Positions 1 through 11,908 of a DNA stretch of 32,000 nucleotides are shown here, in pieces. The notes beneath the pieces are model-generated. The model was given only the letters and a program-made list of their open reading frames with translations, ran no database searches and was not told the DNA's origin. Location: contig CP006913.1 in NCBI GenBank assembly GCA_000503875.1, positions 930,001-962,000 of the forward strand, read 5' to 3'. The DNA is from Candidatus Saccharimonadota bacterium (GTDB lineage Bacteria > Patescibacteriota > Gracilibacteria > Absconditabacterales > Absconditicoccaceae). How positions within the stretch are numbered: the stretch's first letter is position 1; each line of letters opens with the position of its first letter. A program made the position numbers and the translations under genes.

Positions 1-1598
1 GTCATACAAAAAATATCTATTCGCAAAATCCTAAAATATCTACTACAGCTTATTTGTTTTTTTTGTTTAACTTTATTTTCATTATAGGTGTCATAATCAC
101 CGGCAGCCGCCATAATATTATATCCTCTATTTGCCTCTACTTGTGTAGCAAAAAGACTATTACTAGCTCCTAATGTTTTTCCATTAGAAGAACCATATCC
201 TGTATTCAAAAGAGCAACTCCAGAAAAAGAATCTAAATTTCTAAAAGTTCATCTATACGCACTAAATTCTTGTGCTGAAACTATATCTTGAGCAAATGTA
301 CCAAAATAATAATTTTTATAGAGATCATTTGTTGTTCTTTCACACCAACGTTTAGGAAATATTCAGATTCGTTTCTTTTTGTTAGTTCGATCTTGATGAA
401 GAGATTCTGCTATAACAGGGATCGTCATATACCAATTATTGCTCTCAATCTTTTTATCCAATGCTTCTTCCATAGCATCATTAAATGAAATCATAATAGG
501 CGATATTCATTTTCATGCATCTCAAAGAGTTAGAGAATCTTTCAATGCTACTTTATGGATATGAGAATCTACTCCATCAACCCGTTCTCCACTTCCTGTC
601 TTTTTATACCATCTTGCTGCGGCCTGCGTGTTGTCTTTGATTGTTGACAAAAAGACACCAGGATAAAGATTTTCATATCTCGTGATTAATTCTTTTATAA
701 CAGACAACAACATAGTTGTTGGAACACTTGATTCACCCAGAGCATCAAAAGTACCAGCTCATGATAACATAATTTGGGTTAATTCTGGGTTGTTTTGAGA
801 GACACTTGCCAATCAATCAATCAAATCAGACATATCATCATTTTGAACTTGTTTGAAATAATCAAGCATCAAATTGGTAAATCTATGATATCATATATCC
901 TCTGTAAACAAGAAATTATTGATATAGAAAGGGAGTGTATCTTCAGCAAATGTTGTTTTCATTGCAACAAAATCATCATACCATAGAAGTGGTGCGACGA
1001 AATCAGCTGGGGCAGCTGCATATTTTCTTAATTTTTGGAAAAAATCATGATATTTAGAATCTTCTGATCAAAAATTAAGTATTCAATGCCAGATTTCCGC
1101 CTGCCCCCTTGGATTATTGTTATACACAAAAAACTGTTGATTTGCATCATAGACAAATTGTTGCTCTTCAAAATCTACATACGGAAAAATCGTAGGATAG
1201 ATAAATCCATTATTTTGAACAACTGGCAACGGAATATCTCAGATAAAAACAGCTCATAACAAATCAGATGTTTCTCATTTTATACCATCAAAATACATAT
1301 TTTCCAACATTCTCACCACATCAATTGCTTTGAAATTTTGAGTATTAATAGGTAAAACCAATGCTTTAGAATTGGAAATACGTTGTTGAATATAATCAGT
1401 AGCATACCATTCAATATCACTTTTTGCATTTTGATAAATATCTTTATCTACAAAAACAGCCACCAAATGAGTCCTATCCAAGGGGTTTTCTGCAAAAACA
1501 GATCAAAAATCAACAAAAAACCAACTCTGTAAAAAGTAGGACAAAGAATATATAAGCAACAAAAGTCAAATCAAATGCCTTTTATGCAAAAAATACAT
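1..1598 (-). CDS. large secreted/surface protein; the C-terminal part runs off the window edge (possible peptidase C25/gingipain-like region, weak)
   Basis: One minus-strand frame is open from ATG 1598-1596 to position 1 when TGA is sense; I scanned for in-frame TAA/TAG and found none. It joins track ORFs 1275..1481 and 522..713. The N-terminus MYFLHKRHLIGLLLLIYSLSYFLQ is signal/TM-like. Family assignment rests only on loose motif resemblance (AVFIGDIPLP, EIWHGI). Confidence 0.6.
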
Positions 1599-1851
1599 GC
1601 TTGTTTTTCAAGATAAAACTTTCAAACAAAAACATAACAAACAATACATCGCAACTATACAAAAACAAAATCAAAAATAAACAAAAAATCAGATTTTATA
1701 TGCTTTTTCAAATTGACAATTAACGTTAAATGTATACCATCTCTTATGTTTGATCCACTATGGCAAATTTAGGGTTTTAAATATGAAAAAATTCATTATT
1801 ATAAAAAAGATGACAACAATATATTTAGTCACTAATTAAAAAATCTAATAT

Positions 1852-3045
1852 ATGAACGAACCACTTTCATCACTCCTCAGACCACAAACATTAGACGAAT
1901 GTATAGGACAACAACATCTCATTGGAGAAGGTAAACCTATACGTGGTTTTTTGGAACAAAAAAAAATTCCTTCAATGTTATTCCGATGACCTCCAGGCTG
2001 CGGTAAAACCACAATCGCGAAAGTTATTGCCAATACTATCGAAGCAGAAACATTTTTTTTATCAGGAGTTACTAGCAAAAAAGAAGACCTTAAACAGATA
2101 TTAACACAAGCAAAAACAAATAAACAATACGGCAAAACAACGATAATCTTTTTGGATGAAATTCATCGTCGAAACAAGGCACAACAAGATACTTTGCTTC
2201 CTCACGTAGAAAAATGAGATATTATTTTGATTTGAGCAACTACAGAAAATCCTAGTTTTTCAATTAATAGTGCTCTATTATCAAGGACTAGAACTTTTGT
2301 TTTCGAAAGATTATGAGAAAAAGATATTAGTGATTTTATCAAAAACAATCGACAAAAAATTCTGATATCTCATCCGGATATTATTGTTTCAGATGAAATA
2401 CTTTCTTTTATAGCAAGGCTTGGAAACGGCGATTTAAGAAATAGTCTAAATATACTAGAATCGGCAATTTTTCTCAAAAAAAGCTGATCACTTACCGAAG
2501 AAGATATTATAATAGCTGGCCAAAAAAATATATATTATGACAAAAATGGTGACGAACATTATAATATCATTTCAGCTATTCACAAATCATTGCGTGACAG
2601 CAATGGAGATGCTGCCTGTTATCGGATTCAAAGGATGCTAGCTGGCGGGGAGGACCCGCTATATATAGCGAGGAGATTACTCCGCTTCGCTTCCGAAGAC
2701 ATAGGCCCCGCCGACAACAACGCTCTTTTATTAGCAAATCAAGTTTATGACGCAGTTTCCAAAGTTGGTATGCCAGAATGTGATATTTTTCTAATCCAAC
2801 TCGCGCTCTATCTTGCTAAGGCACCAAAAAATAACATTACCTATAAAATTTCTTTGGAAACGAAAGCCGATATACAAAAATATGGAAATCTTCCCGTACC
2901 AATGGATATTAGAAATGCACCAACTAAATTTATGGAAGGATTATGATACGGAAAAAATTATCAATATACCCATGATCAACCAGACAAGAAGACAAATAAT
3001 CAGCATTTTCCTACTGAATTAAAAGACAGAATTTACGGAAAATAA
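1852..3045 (+). CDS. rarA: recombination factor / replication-associated AAA+ ATPase RarA (MgsA)
   Basis: ATG 1852, TAA 3043-3045. Code-25 translation gives Walker A FRGPPGCGKTT (Gly = TGA 1987-1989), DEIHRRNKAQQD, LIGATTENPSF (Gly = TGA 2233-2235) and a C-terminal GYGKNYQYTHD. It fuses track ORF 2590..2946 with upstream fragments. Confidence 0.9.
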
Positions 3046-3108
3046 CAACTCTTGAAATACCCATACGGTTCTATAAAATATACATACTTTATATTCTTAT
3101 TTTTTCTC

Positions 3109-3630
3109 ATGAAAAAATTTATTGTATGAGTAGTTATGATTGGAAGCATTTTATTAGTATGATGTTCCAAGGCACCTAGTTCAGAAACTACTAATCCAGA
3201 AGAAACAGTAACAGAAAATCAAAATGTTTTTAAATGAACAGCTAAAGATCTTTTCAAAAAAGGAGACAATGTATCTTGTTCATTTACCTTTGAAAACGAA
3301 GATACAAAAGAAGAATGAACTGTTTATGTTGACAAAGGAATGATGAAGACAGTCGCAAAAGTTCTTCTCAAAAAAGAAAATATGAGTATGGAAGCGTTTA
3401 GTGTAACAAAAGATGGTTACACCTATACTCGAAGTAATATTCAAAAAAGCCAATGAGCTAAATTCAGAAATATAGATGATAAAGGAAATGAAGAAATCTA
3501 TACAGAAGACCCTCTAGACGATAAAGAAGTAAACTTTATTTGTAAAGAAACAAAGATAGACGAAAGCACATTTGCTATTCCTGCTGATATAAGCTTTATG
3601 GACATCACAGAGTATTTGAAAGACAAATAA
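3109..3630 (+). CDS. small lipoprotein, function unknown
   Basis: ATG 3109, TAA 3628-3630. The N-terminus MKKFIVGVVMIGSILLVGCS is a signal peptide plus lipobox L-V-G-C, with the lipobox Gly encoded by TGA 3160-3162. Confidence 0.7.
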
Positions 3631-3640
3631 TACACAACAA

Positions 3641-3673
3641 AAAAAAGCCAACCTTTTCGGTTGGCTTTTTTTT
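3641..3673. terminator. bidirectional rho-independent terminator between the convergent lipoprotein gene and secA
   Basis: Stem gccaacc (3647-3653) / ggttggc (3659-3665) with a 5-nt loop, an A-run on the 5' side and a T-run on the 3' side. It overlaps the secA stop codon. Confidence 0.7.
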
Positions 3674-6600
3674 ATACTGATCAACAACATTTTTTATATT
3701 TTTTACCGCTACCACAAGGGCAAAGATCATTTGGTTTTGGTTTTTTAGATCAAGTATCAAATATATCTTTATAAGGAGATGCTGGTTGTGAAGAAACTTC
3801 AAACACCTCTATCTCATCATTTTTACTAGAATTGGTAACAGATTTTTTAACAGGTGTCACTTTTGTACTCGCTTGCTGCAAAATATCAAGATATGAAGAA
3901 TCTACAGGAATTTCAATAACAGGTTCTGGAGACGCTTTTCCATTAAAATCAAAATTCATTAAATACATGGTTACATCTTGTTTAAGCCTGAGCAATAATG
4001 TTTGGAATTTTTCAAATGCTTCTTTTTTATAAACAACCAAGGGATCTATTTGTGCATATCCCATCAATCCAACTTTATCTCTCAAATATTCCATCTCATC
4101 GATATGTTTAACCCAAAGAATATCAAGATGGTAAAGGTATACGTCTTTCAAAAGCATATATGCCATCATTTGGTCGGCAGATGAAAGTGGTGATATTATT
4201 TTTTTAATAAGATATTCTGATAAAGTATTTTGAAGATCTCAAAAAGAGAGTCCAGTAAATTGATTGACATCATCCTTATTTACACCAAATTCTTTAATAG
4301 CAGTTTCCAAAAAAGAATTTTCTGTTTGTCCCATATTTTGAGCAGTTTCGATTTGATAAGATACAACATCACGAATATTTTGTGGGATTTCTAATAACAT
4401 AGATTCAACCAAAGATTTTCTACGATTTTCATCCTTTTCAGAGAACAAAATATCATCTCTTTTTTTGTAAATAGCTTGTCTCTGTTTATTAATTACACTG
4501 TCATATTCAAAGACATGTTTTCTAGAACCAAAATGCCAAGCTTCCATTTGTTTTTGTGCTCTTACAATAGAGCTACTAAATTGCTTTTGAGTAAGTTCAA
4601 GATTTTCTAATTCTGCTTTTGGAAGTATCATAGCTGCCATAGATTGAATTCTTTCTCCTCCCATTTTTCTCATAATCAAGTCATCCAACGCCACAAAAAA
4701 CACAGAAATACCTGGATCTCATTGTCTTCCTGCACGTCCACGAAGTTGATTATCTATACGTCTTGACTCGTGTTTTTCTGTTCCAAGGATAAATAATCCA
4801 TAATGGAAATCTTTTTGTATCAGATCAGAAGCGTTTTTATGTTCAACCAAAAGTTTTGCATAAGCGTCTTCGTTATTTTTTTTACGAGAATTGAAAATAA
4901 CTTTTAAAATAACACCATCCAATTCCAATCCACCAGATTCTATAGTGCGAATTTGTTCTTCAGTTAAATTCCATATACGCATCAATCCATCCATTGTCAT
5001 TTCGTATTCTATTTGAGAATACACAACAGCTGAAATAGAAGATGGCGTTTTTGCAAGAACTTGTTTTTTAATCCATTGTGCATAATTATCAGCTAATTTA
5101 TCATTAAGTCATTTATCTAATTTGATATCAGTTCCACGTCAAGCCATATTTGTGGCTACTACGACACTTTTAAATTTTCCTGCTTGAGAAACTATATGCG
5201 CTTCTTGTTCATGAAATTTAGCATTAAGCACATAATGAGTTATTCCTTCTTTCTCTAATACTTTAGAAACATGTTCAGATGTATCAATAGAAGACGTTCA
5301 AATCAAAATAGGCTGACCAATTTCATAAGCAAATTTAATATACTCTTTTACAAATTTCCATTTTGCTGCTTGATTAAAATATACTTTATCATGTTTATCA
5401 ACTCTAATTGTTGGTTTATTGGTAGGTATTTCCAATACAGAAAGTTCATATATTTTTTCAAATTCTTCTCCTTCGGTAGTAGCAGTACCTGTCATACCAG
5501 CCAATTTTTTGTATTGTTTGAAAAAATTTTGATAGGTAATAGTTGCCATTGTTTTTGATTCTTTTTGTATATTTACTCATTCTTTAGCTTCAATTGCTTG
5601 ATGAAGTCATTCAGAAAATCTTCTTCCTGGCATAGTACGACCAGTATGTTCATCAACAATAAGCACTTCTCAGTTAACAACTATATATTCTCTATCTTTA
5701 AAATACACAGCCTGAGATCTTAATGCATTTTCAATATGATGGATTTCTTCATATCCAATATCTTTGTAGAGATTTTCAACTTTCAAAATTTCTTCCAACT
5801 TTTTGATACCTCTTCCACTCAATGAAACAGTTTTTGTTTTTTCATCAATATAATAATCTCCATCTTCTTCTTGTTGAAGTTCTTCAGCATGAACCAATTC
5901 ATTTAACAATCATTTTGATACTTTCTTTTTACTAGAACAAGGATTTAATAAACGAACAATTTGTGAATAATATGCATATTTATCTGTAGCTTCACCACTT
6001 GCTTCTGAAATAATCAATGGTGTTCTAGCTTCATCAATCAAAATACTATCAATTTCATCTACAATAGAATAATGAAGTGGTCTCCATGTAAGACTTCTTT
6101 CTTTTATTGATTTTACCAAATTATCTCTCAAAAAATCAAATCATAATTCTGAATTTTCAACATAAGTAATATCACTTTCATACATTTCACGTCTTTTTTG
6201 TAACGATACTTTTTTTGTTACACAACCAACTGTCAATCCAAGAAAACGATATACTGATCACATCCAATCAGAATCACGAGATGCTAAGTAATCATTGACA
6301 GTAACAACATGAACACCTTTTCCTTCCAATGCATTAAGATACACAGGGGCTACCGCAACCAATGTTTTTCCTTCTCCTGTTTTCATTTCAGTAATAATTC
6401 CTTTATGCAAAATAATTCATCACAAAAGCTGAACATCATAAGGAACCATATCCCAAATCATTTTTTGTCATCTAACTTCTATTTCTTTACCAACAAGTCT
6501 TTTACATGCTTGTTTTACAAGACCAAACGCTTCTGGTAAAAGTTCATCTACCGTAGCTCATGCAGCAATTCTATCTTTAAATTCTTGTGTTTTTTTGGGA

Positions 6601-6728
6601 AAATCTTCTTCTTTAAAAGAAGCGTATTGTTCACACCAATCATTTGCCTGACGAACCAAAGGCATCATTTTATCTATCTGTTTTTGGTTATAATTTCCAG
6701 ACATCCAATTCAAAATCCATTGAAACAT
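3672..6728 (-). CDS. secA: preprotein translocase ATPase SecA
   Basis: ATG 6728-6726, TAA 3674-3672. Six track fragments share one frame, and the gaps I scanned have no in-frame TAA/TAG. Motifs: [26 protein letters not shown] (GG = TGA TGA 6417-6422), NSELGFDFLRDN, GRAGRQGDPG, and the C-terminal zinc motif [14 protein letters not shown]. Confidence 0.95.
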
Positions 6729-6880
6729 TCAAAAAAAATAAGTAATAAAATTTTAGACAGCTAAGTATAGAAAAACAACATAAGAAAACAAGATGAAAAA
6801 ACATTTTAGCAAGTATAGTAATATTAATTTTGACCATTATCTAATACATGCAAATTTTTTGTATAAAACAATGATTTATA

Positions 6881-7075
6881 TTAATAGCTATCTTTTACCA
6901 TGTTAGTATATTTCCCAAAGAATCTCTCTTCCAAACCATCTTCATTGTCATCATCATCCTCATCTTCATCTTCTTCATTCTCATGGTCTTCATTTTCATC
7001 ATAATCAGGCTTATCTTCCAAAGAAACAGAAGAAAAGCAAGGAAAGTTAGTTTTCATTTCTTTCATGCTATCCAT
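6881..7075 (-). CDS. small highly acidic protein (64 aa), unknown function
   Basis: Intact ORF with ATG and TAA. It carries a D/E run, DENEDHENEEDEDEDDDDNEDGLEE. It starts 15 nt downstream of the MurI-like gene stop, suggesting an operon. Coding status rests on ORF and context only. Confidence 0.45.
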   Translation of the reverse strand: MDSMKEMKTNFPCFSSVSLEDKPDYDENEDHENEEDEDEDDDDNEDGLEERFFGKYTNMVKDSY

Positions 7076-7089
7076 AAATAATAATTATA

Positions 7090-7902
7090 TTATAAAGCAT
7101 TATAAGCAACATTAATAGTATTTCACCTAGAGAGCATTCGTTGAAGTTTTTTTTCTCTAGATAAAAATTTTCCATGTCCAGTATGATAAACATTTACAGA
7201 GTATATTCAATTTTGTTTGGTTTCAACAATTTTTGTAAATATATTTTCCAAAATAGACAATCCATAGAATCTCATATTTGTATACCTCGCTTTCTCTATA
7301 GCTTTTTGTACCAAAAAATATGAATAATTACAAGGTATAATGGTATCAACTTTTGCATCTTTAAAATAACGAAGATCTTGCTTAACCATATGGTGCAGTA
7401 ATGGCATAGACCAAGAACAAGTATCCAATAAGTATTTCCAATTTCTTACTTCCCTTCCTCGCCATGCAAATGGAACATGAAATTTTTTAATTTCACGTTG
7501 ATGGTCAGATAAAACATAGTCTTTAGCCAGAATTGTTAATTGTTTTTGTCATTCTTCGAGATCAAACAAATCTCCAAAAAAGCCAAGTTTCCCTACTAAT
7601 GAATAGGTGAAACAATTTTCTTTAACGTAAGATTCAAATAAAGGCAAAAAAGTAACTCCTGGAAAAAGTTTTTCATTGCGAATTTTCAATTCAATAATAG
7701 GGGGAACCAATATGGTATCAACACCTTTTTCTTGTAAGAAACGAATTCCTTGTGTCACGCGCTCCATAACAAGTTCAACTGGTTTATCTCACCAAAATAA
7801 AAATGTATCATCGTACCAAACATGATATTCATGATCATAACGTTGCAAAAACGAAAACAATGCCAACATATCATTTCCTGAAGTCAAAATGCCTATTTTC
7901 AT
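7090..7902 (-). CDS. glutamate racemase-like (MurI/Asp-Glu racemase family) protein with a degenerate first active-site motif
   Basis: ATG 7902-7900, TAA 7092-7090. It joins track ORFs 7549..7767 and 7207..7428. MKIGILTSG...WYDD...GVDTILVPPIIE...VDTIIPCNYSYF parallels MurI IGVxDSG...YxGD...ACNTA...GCTHYP by eye. The second Cys motif is retained and the first Cys is absent. Confidence 0.5.
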
Positions 7903-8474
7903 GGAATAAGTTGTTTAAGATAAACATAACGTTCAATATTAATATTCAATCCCTCAAAGGTTGTCGATTTTGCTATATTATTTATAACAGATAATTGTTG
8001 CTCAACCAATGAAACATATTTTTTTCATAAAGGAGTTTGCAATTCACTAAATTCGGTTAATAATTCATTCAATTCTTTTTTATAAACAGTAATACTATCC
8101 AAAAAGTATCTTTTCGAGGTTTCCAAAAGATTATTTTCAAAAGTTTTTGTGTGAGCAATAATATTTAATCTCATATTCTGAAGAAGATTCAAGAGAACAA
8201 CCTTTTCGGATTTCAAAGGATTCCAATATCCCAAATCTTGCTTTTTATCAACATATTTTTGAATAAGAAGAATATCTTTATATACTTTTTTCATTTGTAA
8301 TTCAATATATCTGATATATACTTTACAGGTATAAAATTTTTTATTGTCCAATGAAATAACAATTCTATCCTTAGTAATATCACAATACAATTTTTCTTCA
8401 AAACGTGAAAATGAAGTTTGAACAGTTCAAAAGGTAAGAAACAAAACAACTAAAAGATATTTTACGTATTTCAT
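7893..8474 (-). CDS. secreted hypothetical protein
   Basis: ATG 8474-8472. The track stop at 8025-8027 is TGA; the first true stop is TAG 7895-7893, overlapping the next gene's start by 10 nt. Signal peptide: MKYVKYLLVVLFLTFGTVQTSFS. Confidence 0.55.
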
Positions 8475-8484
8475 ATAAGTTGAT

Positions 8485-9489
8485 CTAAAATAAATAATGT
8501 ATCATTTTTTTCACATCTAACCAAAAATTTAAATCTGACTTTTTTCCTGTTTTAATATCGTTATCCAATTCAATCAATCATCTATAAAACGAAATAATTC
8601 CTTTTTTGTTACGAGATATCATATCTATGTTTTTAGTAATTTTGGATACAACAAAAGGATGTGCCTTAAGTATAGACGTAATAATTTTAGAATCTTTTAT
8701 ATTTTGTTCAAAACAATCCAACACAAAAAGCCAATTTTTAATTCCTCGATATAATGTTCAAACAAAGGCATTCCAACTTTCTCCCTCTTCTTGTAAACGA
8801 GCTACCAATTCAAGTGCTTTTTGTTTGTTTGAAAAAAGCATATCAAATAATGCTAAATTATTTCCTTCTGTCATTCCAAAAGTAAGAAGATCTATGTCTT
8901 TTTCAGAGATTTCAGAAGAACTACTGACCTCAGACCACAATAATAATTTATTAAGTTCATTCTGAATATGAAGCAATGAAGGCCCTGTTTTAGCCAAAAA
9001 TGAATCCAAAACAGATTCTGATCGCTTAATTGTAGGCGATTTCTGACGAATAATTTGTTTAAGTTCTATTGGTTTCAGTGGTCAAAATTCTTTTATACCA
9101 GTTTTAGGATCCAATTCCTTTTTCAAGAAAGTATAGAATTTTGTCCTTTTATCAGGTTTGTACGAAACAAAAATCAAGATTGTTTCTGCTACAATTACAC
9201 CATTTCTCTGCATAAATTCGTCAGAAAATTGTTGAATAATTGAGGCAGAAAGTTTATTCGAAGTATCTCCATCCAAAGGAAGCCCGTACACAACTATCAT
9301 TCTTTTTTGGGCAAAAAGTCACCCGCTGTACAGAACCTGCCTCAATGATTCCAAAGAAAGATCATCTGTTTTATATATCAAAAGGGCGTCCGTTCAATAT
9401 TTTTGAACAAATCAATCAGTTCGTCTCTTCAATTCTTGATGAAGGAGATATTTCTCTTCTCAAGTAAATAGAAAAATATTTGAAAGCAT
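8485..9489 (-). CDS. holA: DNA polymerase III delta subunit (HolA)-like
   Basis: ATG 9489-9487, TAG 8487-8485. It joins track ORFs 9082..9300 and 8758..9009. The N-terminal FLFTGEEKYLLHQEL...SGGLFAQKRMIVVYGLP pattern and a length of about 334 aa are typical of HolA. Identification is by motif resemblance only. Confidence 0.65.
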
Positions 9490-9562
9490 AAAATAAACAA
9501 AAATAAAAAACCATCAAAATGATAGTTTTTTCCTTTACAAAATCAAAACAAAAGTAAAAATT

Positions 9563-9598
9563 ATCAGCTATGAGCTATTAGCCATCAGCTATGAGCTA
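9563..9598. repeat. two exact 15-bp direct repeats, atcagctatgagcta, with a 21-bp period
   Basis: Copies lie at 9563-9577 and 9584-9598. They sit just 3' of and overlapping the hsp20 stop, about 75-110 bp upstream of the holA start. Confidence 0.8.
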
Positions 9599-9958
9599 AC
9601 CCGCATCATATTCCACTTCTAAAGCTATTTTCTCTGGGATAAGTGCTTTTGGAACAATAACTTGTAACGTATTATCCGGTGAAAGTTTACTATGGATCTT
9701 ATCAAAATATACTTGGGGTGGTAAATCTATTTCTTGGTGAATTGGTCATCGATAACAAGATTCTTTGATTGGAATAAGGTTGTCTTTCAGTATTGGTTGC
9801 GCCCTTTCACCACGAATTACCAATTTATAATCTTTAATTGAAAGTGTTAAACTTTCTTTTTTCACTCCTCCCAACGGCAAAAAAAGGACCAATTCTTGTG
9901 GTGATTCATAAATATCATAAGGTATAATTGGCATTTCTTGTTGCTGAGGAGTTGTCAT
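9596..9958 (-). CDS. small heat-shock protein, Hsp20/alpha-crystallin family
   Basis: ATG 9958-9956. The track stop 9746-9748 is TGA; the true TAG is 9598-9596. SLTLSIKDYKLVIRGER...CYRGPIHQEIDLPPQV...LQVIVPK follows the ACD pattern (xxFxRxxxLP...GVLxIxxPK). Confidence 0.75.
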
Positions 9959-9982
9959 AGATGAGGATGTATACAGTATAAA

Positions 9983-10537
9983 TTATATTTGTTTGTTCAT
10001 AATTTTGGCAATTTGATCTCTTCTTTTTTCTGGCTTAGGAATCCATTTAAGTTTTACATCTCCATGTTCAGTCACATCTCATTCTGCAAGGAAAATAATG
10101 TCTCAATTATTGAAAATACTATATAGAAAACCCTTTCTCTCTATAGATATTGTTTTAATGCTTTTTTCATTGAGAGTGATAACTTTTTTGTTGAAAATAC
10201 CAGCCTGATCATACATAATAAGAAAATCAGGTGTAATAACGATGAAATCTAATTTATAATCAATCCATTTTCCAATAATAGGAATCAAAAAAAACAACGA
10301 AAGTACAAATGTTGCAATAGAAAAGAAGGGTAAATAGTCTCCATCAAAAATATAATAGAATAGGATAACTATTCAGACACAAAGAGCTATCAAAGAAATG
10401 AAAGGAAAAAATATTTTTATAAATCGATAGAGTTTACTTCTTCAAAAACACAAAACATTTTCTCTACCATATTTAGCGGCATTTTCATCAAAACATTTAG
10501 TTCTAACTTGGGTATCAAAATTAGAGAAGATTCTCAT
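9983..10537 (-). CDS. membrane protein with a C-terminal bacterial PH (bPH_2/YdbT-like) domain
   Basis: ATG 10537-10535, TAA 9985-9983. Two hydrophobic helices are followed by ITLNEKSIKTISIERKGFLYSIFNNGDIIF. Confidence 0.55.
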
Positions 10538-10554
10538 AAGAAGAAGAGTTGAGA

Positions 10555-11142
10555 CTAAAAGAAGCTAAAATGAGGTAAAAATCTAAGATATACTTTTCAA
10601 ATTACATGATCCAAAGGTACTTCATAACTAGCGCCATTATAACAATCTAATCAAAAACAACAACGAGAATCGGTAGAAAAACTTCTATTATCTCCCATAA
10701 CAAAATAACCATTTAACACTTTAAATTCATTCAATCCACATCTTGTGTCGGTCCACACTGTTTCAGAAAGATATGGTTGTTCAAGTTGAGAACAATCTTC
10801 TTTATTTTCTTGTATAGAACAAATCGAAACTTTATTGTTATAAATTTTAACTGTTTCACCTGGAAGTCAAACGACCCTTTTGATGTAAGGAACTGTTTTT
10901 CCTGGAGGAACAAAAACAATAATATCTCCTCTTGCAAGTTCCCCAAATCTTGGAGTAATTTTATCTACAATAATAAAATCATTTTCTTGAAAAGTAGGTG
11001 CCATACTTGCACCAACAACTGTATATGGATTTGCTATAAAAAATCTGACAAACAAAACAATCCCTCAAACAAATACCAAAAAAGAGAGCATATCAAACAA
11101 ATCAAATACAACTTCTAAGAATTTTCTATTTTTCAACAGCAT
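10555..11142 (-). CDS. lepB: signal peptidase I
   Basis: ATG 11142-11140, TAG 10557-10555. N-terminal TM helix, catalytic VVGASMAPT, RGDIIVF, KRVVGLPGE (Gly = TGA), GDNRSFSTDSR, C-terminal VIGKVYLRFLP. Confidence 0.9.
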
Positions 11143-11229
11143 GCTTCAACATATATAACCCAAGTAAAAACAAAGAATGGAGCAAAAATCTTGTCCATTC
11201 TTTCCTATGTACATTATGTAGACAACAAA

Positions 11230-11631
11230 TTAGAATGGAACTTCTTCGTCTTCTGGATGTTCAACTAAGTCAACTTCTTCTCCTCCTTCTTCTCTAACTC
11301 CTTTAGGATCCAAGAAGATAAAATTATCAACAATAATTTCTGTAGAGAATCTTTCTACTCCTTCACTATCTTGCCATTTTCTTGTTCTAAGTCTTCATTC
11401 TATATATATTCTTTTCCCTTTATTTAAATATTTTCCCAATACATCAGCACCCTTTCCATAAGCAACACATCTATGATATTCCGCGTCTTCCAAAACATTA
11501 CCATCTTTATTTTTAAATTTCCTGTTGGTTGCTACAGTAAAATTCACAACAGGTGTTCAGCTACTCTCTATGGTTTTAACCTGCAAGTTATTGGTAGCTC
11601 TTCAAATAATCATCACCTTGTTCAAATCCAT
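11230..11631 (-). CDS. ssb: single-stranded DNA-binding protein
   Basis: ATG 11631-11629, TAA 11232-11230. OB-fold N-terminus NKVMIIGRATNNLQ...EYHRCVAYGK...IEGRLRTRKW and an acidic tail ending EDEEVPF, the SSB C-terminal tip. Confidence 0.9.
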
Positions 11632-11751
11632 GTGTACATAAATTTATTCAGATAAAAGAGTGAATGGAACTTCCATCATCCTCTATGTAACAAATTTTAC
11701 CCAAAAATCAATTGATTTTTATCACTTTTTCCGTAAACACTCTGACACAAT

Positions 11752-11837
11752 GCCCAGATGATGGAATGGTAGACATGCTAGACTCAAAATCTGGTGGCTT
11801 TACGGCTGTGAGGGTTCGAGTCCCTCTCTGGGTACCA
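11752..11837 (+). tRNA. tRNA-Leu(CAA), type II with a long variable arm and an encoded CCA
   Basis: Manual fold. Acceptor GCCCAGA/TCTGGGT. Anticodon stem CTAGA/TCTGG with loop CTCAAAA (U33, anticodon CAA, A37). A 15-nt variable arm. T-arm GAGGG-TTCGAGT-CCCTC, discriminator A, then CCA. Confidence 0.9.
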
Positions 11838-11908
11838 TAACTGGACTTTGTTAGTCCTAATTAAAGATAAATCGCTTTTAAGCTGGGGTAACTCGGTTCG
11901 AAATTGGT

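Noticed and set aside
11661-11675. A duplicate of the ssb 3' end (gaatggaacttc, encoding EVPF) upstream of ssb, possibly a remnant of a second ssb or an att scar.
   Set aside because: Only about 12 nt match, which is near chance for this window size. The surrounding frame is closed by TAG, giving at most an 11-aa ORF.
11752-11837. The tRNA's anticodon loop contains TCA, so it could be the UGA-decoding suppressor-like tRNA.
   Set aside because: The canonical 7-nt loop CTCAAAA places U33 and A37 so that the anticodon is CAA (Leu). The long variable arm is type II (Leu/Ser), not Gly. Reading TCA would put C at position 33.
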